Positions 1 through 8,441 of a stretch of 49,694 nucleotides of DNA are shown in pieces. The translations under genes and the position numbers were made by a program. Numbering within the stretch: position 1 is the stretch's first letter; each line of letters starts with the position of its first letter. This DNA comes from Desulfobacteraceae bacterium UBA4064 (lineage in GTDB: Bacteria; Desulfobacterota; Desulfobacteria; Desulfobacterales; Desulfatirhabdiaceae). Where the stretch lies: positions 9,110-58,803 of the forward strand of contig DFZE01000203.1 of the NCBI GenBank assembly GCA_002382065.1, in the 5' to 3' direction. Under the pieces are notes generated by a model, which was given only the letters and a program-made list of their open reading frames with translations, made no database searches and was not told the DNA's origin.

Positions 1-152
1 TTCATCTCGTTCTTGAATTCTTTCATCTCGTCCTTGAACGCAATCATCTCGCGGCTCAATCTCATCAGAGATGTCTGAGTCTGAACAATAAAATTACCCA
101 GCAAGGTCTCAAGCGAATCCACCCGGGTTTCTACGTCTGCAAAATCTTCCAT
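1..152 (-). CDS. hypothetical coiled-coil protein, N-terminal part only (gene runs off the window start)
   Basis: Absent from the ORF track because no stop lies in the window. ATG at 152 lies downstream of AAGGAG. Translation MEDFADVETRVDSLETLLGNFIVQTQTSLMRLSREMIAFKDEMKEFKNEM has a heptad-like EM..FK periodicity. Confidence 0.35.
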   Translation of the reverse strand, partial: MEDFADVETRVDSLETLLGNFIVQTQTSLMRLSREMIAFKDEMKEFKNEM

Positions 153-178
153 GATATCATGTCTCCTTCGGCTGTTCG

Positions 179-1297
179 TTATTCCCCCAGCAGCGAATCG
201 ATCGAAACCAGTGGCAGGTCAAACGCTTCGGCAACACCGGGATAGGTCACTTGACCTTCGATGACATTGGCGCCGGATTTGATTTCCGGATTTTCCCGCA
301 TGGCTTTTTTCCAGCCTTTGCCGGCGATTTCAAGGGCATACGGCAATGTGGCGTTGGTCAGGGCCATGGTGGATGTTTTGGCCACTGCACCGGGCATATT
401 GGCCACACAATAATGGATGACCCCATCGATGGTATAGGTCGGATGATCATGCGTGGTGGGTTTGGATGTTTCAAAGCATCCTCCCTGATCGATGGCCACA
501 TCCACCAGAACCGAGCCTTTTTTCATGGTTGGCAACATGTCCCGTGTGATCAGCCGCGGCGCCTTGGCGCCGGGTATCAGAACCGCGCCAATGACCACAT
601 CGGCTTCCTGAACCAGTTTGCGAATGGCTGCGGGCGATGACATCAGCAGAAAACAGTTTGACGGCATGACATCGCTCAGATATCTCAGCCGGTCCAGATT
701 GTTGTCCAGCAAATATACTTTTGCGCCCAGTCCGCAGGCCATTTTGGCAGCGTTGGTTCCCACAATACCGCCGCCAATGACCATGACCGTGGCCGGTTCC
801 ACCCCCGGGACACCACCCAAAAGCACGCCCTGACCGCCCTGGGCCATTTCCAGATATTTTGCGCCTTCCTGGATCGCCATACGTCCGGCAACCTCGCTCA
901 TGGGGGTTAAAAGGGGCAGAGACCGGTCCGCTTTCTGAAGGGTTTCGTATGCAATGTCGATGGACTTGGTTTTGATAAGGGCACGGGTCAACTCTTCCGA
1001 AGCAGCCAGATGAAGATAGGTAAAAACAATCTGGCCGGGTTTGATCAGATCATATTCAGCCGGAAGCGGTTCTTTGACATGCATGACCATTTCGGCCCGG
1101 TCATAAATTTCTTTGGGGCCCGGGGTAATTTCGGCCCCAGCCCGGACATAGTCATCGTTTGTAAAGCCACTGGCAACGCCTGCATCCTGTTCAACCAGAA
1201 CGATGTGCTTTTTTTGCGCCAGTATTTCAACGCCTGCAGGCGTCATGGATACTCTGTTTTCCAGGGTTTTGATTTCTTTTAAAATGCCAACGATCAT
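179..1297 (-). CDS. ald: alanine dehydrogenase
   Basis: MIVGILKEIKTLENRVSMTPAGV N-terminus, Rossmann motif VMVIGGGIVGTNAA, full-length family resemblance. Start moved to M23 of the track ORF (ATG at 1297), which follows AAGGAGATCATT. Confidence 0.9.
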   Translation of the reverse strand: MIVGILKEIKTLENRVSMTPAGVEILAQKKHIVLVEQDAGVASGFTNDDYVRAGAEITPGPKEIYDRAEMVMHVKEPLPAEYDLIKPGQIVFTYLHLAASEELTRALIKTKSIDIAYETLQKADRSLPLLTPMSEVAGRMAIQEGAKYLEMAQGGQGVLLGGVPGVEPATVMVIGGGIVGTNAAKMACGLGAKVYLLDNNLDRLRYLSDVMPSNCFLLMSSPAAIRKLVQEADVVIGAVLIPGAKAPRLITRDMLPTMKKGSVLVDVAIDQGGCFETSKPTTHDHPTYTIDGVIHYCVANMPGAVAKTSTMALTNATLPYALEIAGKGWKKAMRENPEIKSGANVIEGQVTYPGVAEAFDLPLVSIDSLLGE

Positions 1298-1332
1298 AAT
1301 GATCTCCTTGTTCAACGTATTCTTCTTGAGTG

Positions 1333-2043
1333 TCAGGGAGAAACACGCAGTTTCTGCCCCCATTTGATTAAATCCTGCTGCGAAAGCTTGTTGAGTCGCC
1401 GGAGTTCGTCCACACTCAATCCATACATTTTGGCGATACTGAAAAGGGTTTCCTTGGGTTGAATCACATGATACCGTATGCCGGACTTGGTTTCAGTCGA
1501 TGGTGTCCTGGACGGCTCCGGAGTGTCTGTTTTTTTGACAGAAGGCGGTTCGGTTTTGGGCGTTTCGGTAACGGCAATTTTGGCCTGCCCGCCGGTTTTG
1601 CGAACGCCTTCCATTTCCCGGTTCATGGAATCCAGCTTCTGGGTCAGTGCGGATTCGAGACTATCCAGTCTTACCCCCATCTGATTCAGTTTTTCATCCT
1701 GCAATGCAACAAACGGCTGGTGGGACGGATTGGATTCAAGCTGGGATATCCGGGCGTCAAGTTTCTTGATGCGCTCATCCAATTGCGAGAGCATGGAAAG
1801 ATCAACCGGCTCCGGTTTCAGCATGGGCATGAATAAAAACAGCGCAATCAAAATAAATATGACGGCACCGATAAGCCCCAATAAAATACCACTGTTTTTT
1901 GTAACCGAGGACATCATGGAATCCATACGGTTTTTCTTCCAGGGGGAATAGGTATCCTCTGAATAATAATCATCGTCAGGATCATGATCCCGGGTTGACT
2001 CTCCCCTGTCACGGAACTGATCGCGTCTATCAATTTCTGTCAT
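1333..2043 (-). CDS. LysM domain membrane protein with coiled-coil region
   Basis: One TM helix (GILLGLIGAVIFILIALFLFMPM), then a coiled-coil stretch. C-terminal LysM-like YHVIQPKETLFSIAKMYGLSVDELRRLNKL. GGAGG precedes the ATG at 2043. Confidence 0.7.
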   Translation of the reverse strand: MTEIDRRDQFRDRGESTRDHDPDDDYYSEDTYSPWKKNRMDSMMSSVTKNSGILLGLIGAVIFILIALFLFMPMLKPEPVDLSMLSQLDERIKKLDARISQLESNPSHQPFVALQDEKLNQMGVRLDSLESALTQKLDSMNREMEGVRKTGGQAKIAVTETPKTEPPSVKKTDTPEPSRTPSTETKSGIRYHVIQPKETLFSIAKMYGLSVDELRRLNKLSQQDLIKWGQKLRVSP

Positions 2044-2160
2044 AATAAACCTCCCCCTAAAAAACTGTTCGAATCACGTTCCAAATCCGGTTGGTCCGTT
2101 TTCGTCATTGATCAAGATATTTCCGCGATTATCATCGGATATTCCCTGAATCCAGCGGTG

Positions 2161-3402
2161 TTACAAAATCAGGCAATCCGCCACCAGTTCCCAGAGATAT
2201 TTGACCGTGAGACCGGCCATTTGATATTCCGTCTTGATGGCATTCAATTGACCGTGGCAACTGTGGCACGGAACCACCACCATCTGTGCCCCGGTTTCCC
2301 GGATCTGTTCCATTTTTTTCCGGCCATAGAAAATGCGTTCGGCATTATACCCGGTTGTCAGTGTTCCACCACCGCCACCACAGCAGAACTGGCCCTGCCG
2401 GAGCGGATACATATCCACCCAGTTGTTCAGACACTGGTCCATGATCCATCTGGGTTCATCATAATACGCGTGACCAAACAGGCGTTCTGCCTTGCGGCCG
2501 TAATTGCAGGGATCGTGATAGGTTGCCAGAACATCGAACCGGGATTTGTCGAGTTTGATGCGTCCGGTTTTGATATAGTCAATCATCAGGTCAAAAACCG
2601 TAAAGGTTCCAAACCCCTTCAGTGCTTCGGGATACCATTTTTCGAGACCAGACCTGGTCGCCAGATACGCGTGCCCTCACTCCGGCCACATCAGGTTTTT
2701 GATCTTCAGCCGCGCCATCTGTTCCACGATCCGGCCGGTCATGGTTTTCATGGCGTCATCATCGCCGGTAAAAAACCCCCAGTTGGTACCCTCCCAGTTT
2801 TCGGATGATATGGTCCAGTCTTCGCCGGCGGCATGAAAAATTTTCCACCAGTGTTTCAGGTCTTCGGTATGGGTGTTGACCAGCTTGTTATGAATGGTTG
2901 TCAGCAGATTGGCGCCCTCCTTGTCAATTGGAACCGTAAAGCCTTCAAAACCCGGCTCTTCCGCCACTTCGGCTGCAACATCTTCCAAAATATAAACAAA
3001 ATCGTCTTTCGGCAATCCCAGATTGTTGCCGGTTTTCAGCGCAGCCTCGATACCTTTGTGAAGAATTCCGGGAACCCGGTCCCGGTCCCGAAGCCCCCGA
3101 ATGCGCCGGACCAAATCCGGAATGTGAATGTCCATGGGACACACCTGTTCACATTTTCCGCACAGGGTGCATATCCAGGGCCACCGGGATTCGACAGCCT
3201 GGTCGATCTGCCCCAGGGATGCCAGACGGACCAGCTTTCGCGGGTCAAATCCATCGACACCCGCGACCGGGCACGAACCCGAGCAGATGGCACAGGTTAT
3301 GCAACAGTCCTGGGCAAAGGGCCAGGCACGAAACGCATCGTGATCGATGCGGTCAAGCTGTATTTTTTCGGCGGTAACATTTTCCGACAGGATTTCATTC
3401 AT
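2161..3402 (-). CDS. HdrD/GlpC-like Fe-S oxidoreductase (2x[4Fe-4S] module plus CCG domains), predicted selenoprotein with in-frame UGA at 2677-2679
   Basis: Track ORFs 2677..3402 and 2161..2586 are in the same frame. They are joined by ...NLMWPE-UGA-GHAYLATRSGLEKWYPEALKGFGTFTVFDLMIDYIK... with no other stop. N-terminal part has CITCAICSGSCP and CTLCGKCEQVCP. C-terminal part has DPCNYGR...FCCGGGGG...PCHSCHGQ (CCG domain). Confidence 0.75.
2630..2676 (-). promoter_or_regulatory. candidate bacterial SECIS hairpin downstream of the in-frame UGA
   Basis: mRNA reads UGA GGGCACGCGUAUCUGGC-GACCA-GGUC-UGGUC-UCG. The 5-bp stem has a GGUC apical loop closed by A-U and begins 18 nt after UGA. This resembles the E. 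coli fdhF minihelix core GCA-GGUC-UGC as I recall it. Confidence 0.55.
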
Positions 3403-4988
3403 GGTTTCACCTGATTCAGTTGAATAATCTGTTGTTCAAACCGGGTAACGGTTTCTGCAAATTCTGCAGGCATGTTGGCTGCAATGGTGGTCAATTGCAG
3501 CCGATTCGGCTCGACGCCAATGACTGCAAGTCTTTCAAGAAGATTTTCCACCCGCTGCCTGACGTACCGGTTTCCATGTTCCGAGTGGCAGTTGCCCGTG
3601 TGGCAGGACAGGACCAGAACACCGTCTGCCTGATGACGGAATGCGGACAGAAGATAATCGATGGAAATACTTCCGGCGCAGGGAACCTCTATGATCAACA
3701 GATTGGATGGCAGACTGTGTCCGTCAGCCAGCGCCAGATTTTTGGACGGAATTGCGGATCTGCCGCAACAGAACGCCACCAGAAACGGGGATTGCATGGC
3801 ACCGGATGCGGATACATGCCGGGCAATCTGCTGGGCAATAACCGGATTGGCGTAATCTGAGATGGTAATGGCTTCACGGGGGCATTCCGCGGCGCAGATA
3901 CCACAGCGTTCACACAAATCGGAAATCACCTCGGGTCTGACCCCCAGCATGATGGCAGCATATGGGCAGACCCGGTAACAGGTCAGACATCTGATACACT
4001 GGCCGGAATGAATAAGGGCCTTTGCCCCGGGTGTGACGGTCCTGCCCGTCATCACCCCGTCGATACCGGTGCAGACATTGGCAATGTCGGTATCTGCTGA
4101 CTCTGACAACGGAACGCCGCGTGATCCCCCAACAGCAAAAACCCCTTTCCGGTTGGTATAAACCGGCAGCCGGTGAACATTATCGGCCTGAATGTATCCG
4201 CCATCATCCAGCTCCAGGCGCATGACCCGGGCCAGATGTTTCAGACCGGGAGCGGCCAGAATCCGTTCATCCACCACGACCAGATCCGGCCGCAGGAAAA
4301 ACCGGTCACCAGTAATTTCATCCACGAAATCAATCTCCACAGATTGACCGTTACCATGATCAATCCGGGGACGTGTTTCCGTAAACTTGACAAACACCAC
4401 GCCGGCATTTCGACAATCCTGGTACATGGCCTCGAGTCCGTCATCGGCCACTTTCAGGTTTCCGGTCAAAACATAGGTTTTAATACCCATTTCAGACCGG
4501 AGTGTTTTGGCGGCCATCATGGTTTCACGGGCCATGATGGGGTGATTTTCGGCAGACAGATTCAACAGGAAAACAACCGTGGTGATACCTGCCCAGTTTT
4601 CCGGAACAACCGGAGAATCTCCAATCCGGTGCAGAATGACTGACAGGCCCGGGGTAAGAGGGGTCATTGCCAGACCATATGCCGCATGGTTGGCCTCTCT
4701 GACAACATCTTCTGCAATGACAATGCCGCCGGCTTCAAGGATTTTGGACCCGTCATCCGTTTTCAGATCAATATTAAACTGGTTGGCATATCCGGCAAGC
4801 CCGTTCAGATGGGCATGGGTCAGGCAGTTTATGGAAAAATGGTCAGACGCCATTTTACCGGCATAACCTGCGGAGACAGACGCATCATCCGGGGTGATCA
4901 TATAAACCGGAAACCCTTTTTCCTGAAAGGCGACTGCCGTCTGATGCGCAGTCATGCTATTTCCAAATATCACAATATTGCGATTCAC
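3399..4988 (-). CDS. HdrA-C-terminal-like / 2x[4Fe-4S] ferredoxin / MvhD-domain fusion protein
   Basis: CIRCLTCYRVCPYAAI and CERCGICAAECPREAI ferredoxin motifs. C-terminal MvhD-like FLVAFCCGRSA...IIEVPCAGSI...LVLSCHTGNCHSEHGN. GTG start at 4988 follows GAGGAG. The 3' end overlaps the next gene by 4 nt. Confidence 0.75.
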   Translation of the reverse strand: MNRNIVIFGNSMTAHQTAVAFQEKGFPVYMITPDDASVSAGYAGKMASDHFSINCLTHAHLNGLAGYANQFNIDLKTDDGSKILEAGGIVIAEDVVREANHAAYGLAMTPLTPGLSVILHRIGDSPVVPENWAGITTVVFLLNLSAENHPIMARETMMAAKTLRSEMGIKTYVLTGNLKVADDGLEAMYQDCRNAGVVFVKFTETRPRIDHGNGQSVEIDFVDEITGDRFFLRPDLVVVDERILAAPGLKHLARVMRLELDDGGYIQADNVHRLPVYTNRKGVFAVGGSRGVPLSESADTDIANVCTGIDGVMTGRTVTPGAKALIHSGQCIRCLTCYRVCPYAAIMLGVRPEVISDLCERCGICAAECPREAITISDYANPVIAQQIARHVSASGAMQSPFLVAFCCGRSAIPSKNLALADGHSLPSNLLIIEVPCAGSISIDYLLSAFRHQADGVLVLSCHTGNCHSEHGNRYVRQRVENLLERLAVIGVEPNRLQLTTIAANMPAEFAETVTRFEQQIIQLNQVKP

Positions 4989-5027
4989 ATGTATCTCCTC
5001 TTAAAATCAGGTATCCGTTGTCAGAAT

Positions 5028-6053
5028 TCACGCCTTCAGCCAGTCCAGAACCTGCAATGCCGCACGACTTCCGCTGGCAATGCTTTCGGCAATTCCCATG
5101 GGCTTGAGGGCCGATCCCGCAGCAAACACGCCCGGGGGTTTTCCCTGGTGCGGGTGATCGGGGAAAAAACCGGAATGGTTCAGCGAAATCCGGAACAGGT
5201 CTGATAATGATCGATGATCCTCAGACGGTGTCATGCCAATGGACAGAACGGCCATGTCAAACAGGTCTTCCTGATATTTGCGGGCGGCCGGATCAAAAAA
5301 ACTGACTCGCAGCCGGTCATCCGCAGTTTTGACAATATCGCCCGGAATGGCCCGTACCTGTCTGATCCGGCTTTTGATGTCGGAATAGACCTGTTCAAAA
5401 TTTTTTCCAAATGTCTGAACATCAATATAAAAAAATGTCACGTCCGTTTTGGGCTGGATATGCTGAATCCGGTGGGCCATTCTCAGCGCCGATGCACAGC
5501 AGACCCGGCTGCACCACAAATGGTTCAGTGTAATATCCCGGCTTCCCACGCACTGAATAAACGCGATATTTTCAGGAATCTTCCCATCCGGCTGCCGAAG
5601 CACCTGTCCGGTCTGCCGAAGCCTGTTCTCCAGATCCAGATTGGTCAATACATTGGGAAATCGGCCATATCCATAAGGTTTTTGTGACGGATCAAACGGC
5701 TTGAAGCCGGACGCCAGAACAACCGCATCAACCTCACGAACAACCTTCTGCCCATTCTGTCTGACATGGATTTGAAACCGGTCTGATCGGTCCGCACGCT
5801 CAATGATGCTTTGAATTCCGCTCTCAATCAATGGACTGGATTGAACCTCTTGAATCCGGTTTTCCACCATGCAGGCCCCACATCGGACACATTCGGGCGA
5901 CGCCTTGCAGGTAAATCCGGCTGCATGACCACCCAATTTTCCGGATCTTTCCAGGAGCCAGACCCGGACCCCAAATTGCGCCAGTTCCAGTGCCGCAGAC
6001 AGGCCGGCGGCGCCGCCTCCGACAACCAGAACCGTTTTATCTGATTTTTCCAA
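5028..6053 (-). CDS. HdrA-like FAD-dependent oxidoreductase (N-terminal HdrA module)
   Basis: VLVVGGGAAGLSAALELA dinucleotide fold, CKASPECVRCGAC cysteine cluster, HdrA-type FIQCVGSRD...WCSRVCC. In-frame TTG start at 6053 follows GGGAGGA. Confidence 0.75.
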   Translation of the reverse strand: MEKSDKTVLVVGGGAAGLSAALELAQFGVRVWLLERSGKLGGHAAGFTCKASPECVRCGACMVENRIQEVQSSPLIESGIQSIIERADRSDRFQIHVRQNGQKVVREVDAVVLASGFKPFDPSQKPYGYGRFPNVLTNLDLENRLRQTGQVLRQPDGKIPENIAFIQCVGSRDITLNHLWCSRVCCASALRMAHRIQHIQPKTDVTFFYIDVQTFGKNFEQVYSDIKSRIRQVRAIPGDIVKTADDRLRVSFFDPAARKYQEDLFDMAVLSIGMTPSEDHRSLSDLFRISLNHSGFFPDHPHQGKPPGVFAAGSALKPMGIAESIASGSRAALQVLDWLKA

Positions 6054-6551
6054 AGCATATCCTCCCTGGGTTACACCCGTTAATCGTTTATTATGCCTGA
6101 AAGCGTTTTGCAGTATATCCGGATTTATGATGTCAGGCTACAGTTAAGTTCATTGACAGATGACGGCAACATCATTTCCGGAAAATGTTCAAGTGGTGTT
6201 GAGAAAATATTTCCAGGATATGATATCGTCAGCCGATGTTACGGTTTGAATCGCGGATTCCTGCAATTCTGATTTTCTTCTCGATAACTACGCTTGATCA
6301 AAAATTTTTATTATAATCCCGCCATTGAATACGCACAAGTCCATTTAATCGGCCGCAGCATGTCCTAAAGTGACCGATCCCATTTATCTGCGGTTGGAAC
6401 ATGCCGGGATGTGTGAAAAATACGGATCAGAAGCAAATTGGATACCTGTTTTTAATTGATCATTGATATTTCCTTGGATAGTATTCAGAAAAACAGTCAT
6501 TTGTTCTCATCAATACCATCATGGACGCGATTCATTTTACTGGAGACCGCT

Positions 6552-7376
6552 ATGAAAACAGATCAGGATTACGACGACATACAGACCCTGTTTCCGGAAG
6601 AGGTCAAAACCTTCCTGAAGGAGCATCAGGAAGGGACTTACACCCTTCTGGATGTTCGTCAGCCCGGAGAATATGAACAATCTCACATGGCCGGCGCCAA
6701 ACTGATACCGCTGCCCCAACTTCCGGATTTGCATACGGCGCTGGATGTCTCCAAACCCATTATTGTATATTGCATGGTTGGCGGACGCAGTCGCATGGCC
6801 GCGCAGCTTCTCATGGGGTTGGGTCACCGGAATGTGTTTCACATGCAGGGTGGTATTCAGGCTTGGGAAGAGCCGACTGCATCCGGACCCCGCGAGTTTC
6901 ATCTGAAATTTGTCCGGGGTGATGAGTCTGCGGAAGAAATTATCCGGAAAGCCTGTCTTATGGAGGACGGCCTTAAAAAATTTCATGAAGCCGTCAAAGC
7001 CAAAACAGATGATCCGGATATGGCAACACTTCTGACCAGTCTGATAAAAGCCGAGGAAAATCACAAAAGAACACTCATGGCACTGGCGGATGCCATTGAT
7101 ACCGTACCGGATGAGGCCAATCTGATGGAAGGCGGTATTGATATGGATGAATTCCTGAAGCAGAATGAGCCATTTTTGAAAGATGTTCCGGGTTACCTCG
7201 ATCTGGCCATGATGATTGAAACCCAGGCGCTCGATCTCTATCTTCGAATGGCCGAAGCATGCACCAATGAGCAGGCAAAACAGATTCTGTTTCGCATCGG
7301 CAATGAAGAAAAGATCCACATGGAGATGTTGGGCCGATATCTGGACGGAATTTATCCTTCAAAGGGGGAAGGCTGA
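6552..7376 (+). CDS. rhodanese-domain / ferritin-like (rubrerythrin-type) fusion protein
   Basis: Rhodanese core LLDVRQPGEYEQSHMAGAKLIPL...IIVYCMVGGRSRMAAQLL. C-terminal four-helix-bundle-like part has EENHKRTL and NEEKIHMEML pairs. Start set at ATG 6552 (M33 of the track ORF), which follows GGAG. Confidence 0.75.
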   Translation: MKTDQDYDDIQTLFPEEVKTFLKEHQEGTYTLLDVRQPGEYEQSHMAGAKLIPLPQLPDLHTALDVSKPIIVYCMVGGRSRMAAQLLMGLGHRNVFHMQGGIQAWEEPTASGPREFHLKFVRGDESAEEIIRKACLMEDGLKKFHEAVKAKTDDPDMATLLTSLIKAEENHKRTLMALADAIDTVPDEANLMEGGIDMDEFLKQNEPFLKDVPGYLDLAMMIETQALDLYLRMAEACTNEQAKQILFRIGNEEKIHMEMLGRYLDGIYPSKGEG

Positions 7377-7565
7377 AGACTGAAGGTGCCGCATATGGCT
7401 TTTGGGCAGAGCAGCCGATAGACGGTCGGACTGTTGGACGGTCGGACAGTCGGACGGTCTTACAGTCCGACGGTTGGACGGTTGGACGGTTGGACAGTCC
7501 GACGGTTGGGTAGTCGGACTGTCAGACGGCTTCTCAACACACACGACTCATATCGCAATACTGAC
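7371..7565 (+). repeat. GGCTGAAG modular intergenic repeat, copy 1 (expanded)
   Basis: GGCTGAAGACTGAAGG..CCGCAT..CAGCCG head and CTTCTCAACAC..CTCAT..CGCAATACTG tail are shared with copies at 29467 and 35222. The middle carries a long GGACGGT(T/C)GGAC tandem and palindromic expansion. Confidence 0.7.
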
Positions 7566-7576
7566 GGAGTACCTAA

Positions 7577-8371
7577 TTGATTTTTTTAACCTATCTTGGA
7601 ATTGGTTCTGTTGCTGGCGTTCTGGCCGGCCTTCTGGGCATTGGCGGCGGGCTGGTCATTGTGCCCATACTGATATTCTGTCTGACCCGGGAAAACATAC
7701 CGGCTGAATATATCATGCACGTTGCGCTGGGTACATCGATGGCCAGCATCATATTTACATCGGCTTCCAGCTTCTGGGCCCATCACAAACGTGGCGCCGT
7801 CCACTGGGATGTGGTCAGGCGGCTTGTCGTCGGCATTTTTGCGGGTACGTTTCTGGGGACATGTGTCGCCGCCCGTCTGTCAACCGATTTTCTGAAAGGT
7901 TTTTTTATTCTGTTTCTGTATTATGTTGCCATTCAGATGCTGACCGACAAACAAACCAAACCATCCCGAAGTCTTCCGGGAACATGGGGCATGTTTGGCG
8001 TCGGCAATGTCATCGGTGCGGTTTCCAGTCTGGTGGGGATCGGCGGCGGCACCCTGTCGGTACCATTCATGATCTGGTGCAACATTCCGGTTCGTCACGC
8101 CATCGGAACATCCGCTGCCATTGGTTTTCCCATCGCCATTGCCGGTACAATCGGATATATCTACAATGGGTTGAACGTTTCCGGTTTGCCAGCCGGTTTT
8201 TTGGGATATATCAGCCTGCCGGCTCTGGCAGGGTTTGTTTCCGCCAGTATTTTTACTGCGCCCATTGGTGTGCGCCTGGCGCACTGGCTGCCGGTTCCCC
8301 GTCTGAAACGCATTTTTGCCGGCTTGCTGGTGATTGTGGCCACACGGATGCTGTATGGCCTATTGATTTAG
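7577..8371 (+). CDS. TauE/SafE (TSUP) family sulfite/anion exporter
   Basis: Polytopic membrane protein with family-typical GIGSVAGVLAGLLGIGGGLVIVPIL and GAVSSLVGIGGGTLSVPF repeats. TTG start is 7 nt after GGAG. Confidence 0.8.
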   Translation: MIFLTYLGIGSVAGVLAGLLGIGGGLVIVPILIFCLTRENIPAEYIMHVALGTSMASIIFTSASSFWAHHKRGAVHWDVVRRLVVGIFAGTFLGTCVAARLSTDFLKGFFILFLYYVAIQMLTDKQTKPSRSLPGTWGMFGVGNVIGAVSSLVGIGGGTLSVPFMIWCNIPVRHAIGTSAAIGFPIAIAGTIGYIYNGLNVSGLPAGFLGYISLPALAGFVSASIFTAPIGVRLAHWLPVPRLKRIFAGLLVIVATRMLYGLLI

Positions 8372-8441
8372 GATGATTCTGCATTTCGGCATGGTTTACA
8401 GAAGCGTTTTTACCAACAACATTCATAGATGACAGGATTTT

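Noticed and set aside
251-1282. Plus-strand ORFs (251..640, 618..833, 1010..1282) opposite the alanine dehydrogenase gene. The same kind of long antisense ORF appears at 2158..2808, 6537..7319, 9267..9752, 15540..16073, 18159..19022, 23753..24628, 33269..34417, 35456..36637, 40812..41753, 43620..44420 and 46866..47741.
   Set aside because: Each lies fully inside a gene on the other strand that has clear family motifs. Their translations are low-complexity or Arg/Gly/His-rich with no recognisable motif, which is typical of shadow ORFs.
5028-5030. The TGA ending the HdrA-like gene as a second selenocysteine codon joining it to the 529-aa gene.
   Set aside because: Reading through gives ILTTDT followed by further in-frame TGA and TAA stops. 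The downstream gene also has its own GAGGAG ribosome site and GTG start.
6090-6115. TTTATTATGCCTGAAAGCG upstream of the hdrA-like gene as a fourth copy of the 34-nt motif.
   Set aside because: Only the CCTGAAAGCG decamer matches. The CCGATAAC..CCCC half is absent, and the context is unrelated to phosphate genes, so this is probably chance.
7359-7707. ORFs translating the GGACGGT repeat region (e.g. SDCPTVQPSNRRTVRPSDCPTV and its opposite-strand partner).
   Set aside because: The peptide periodicity simply mirrors a tandem and palindromic DNA repeat that reads open on both strands. The region lies inside repeat-family copy 1, between two well-supported genes.
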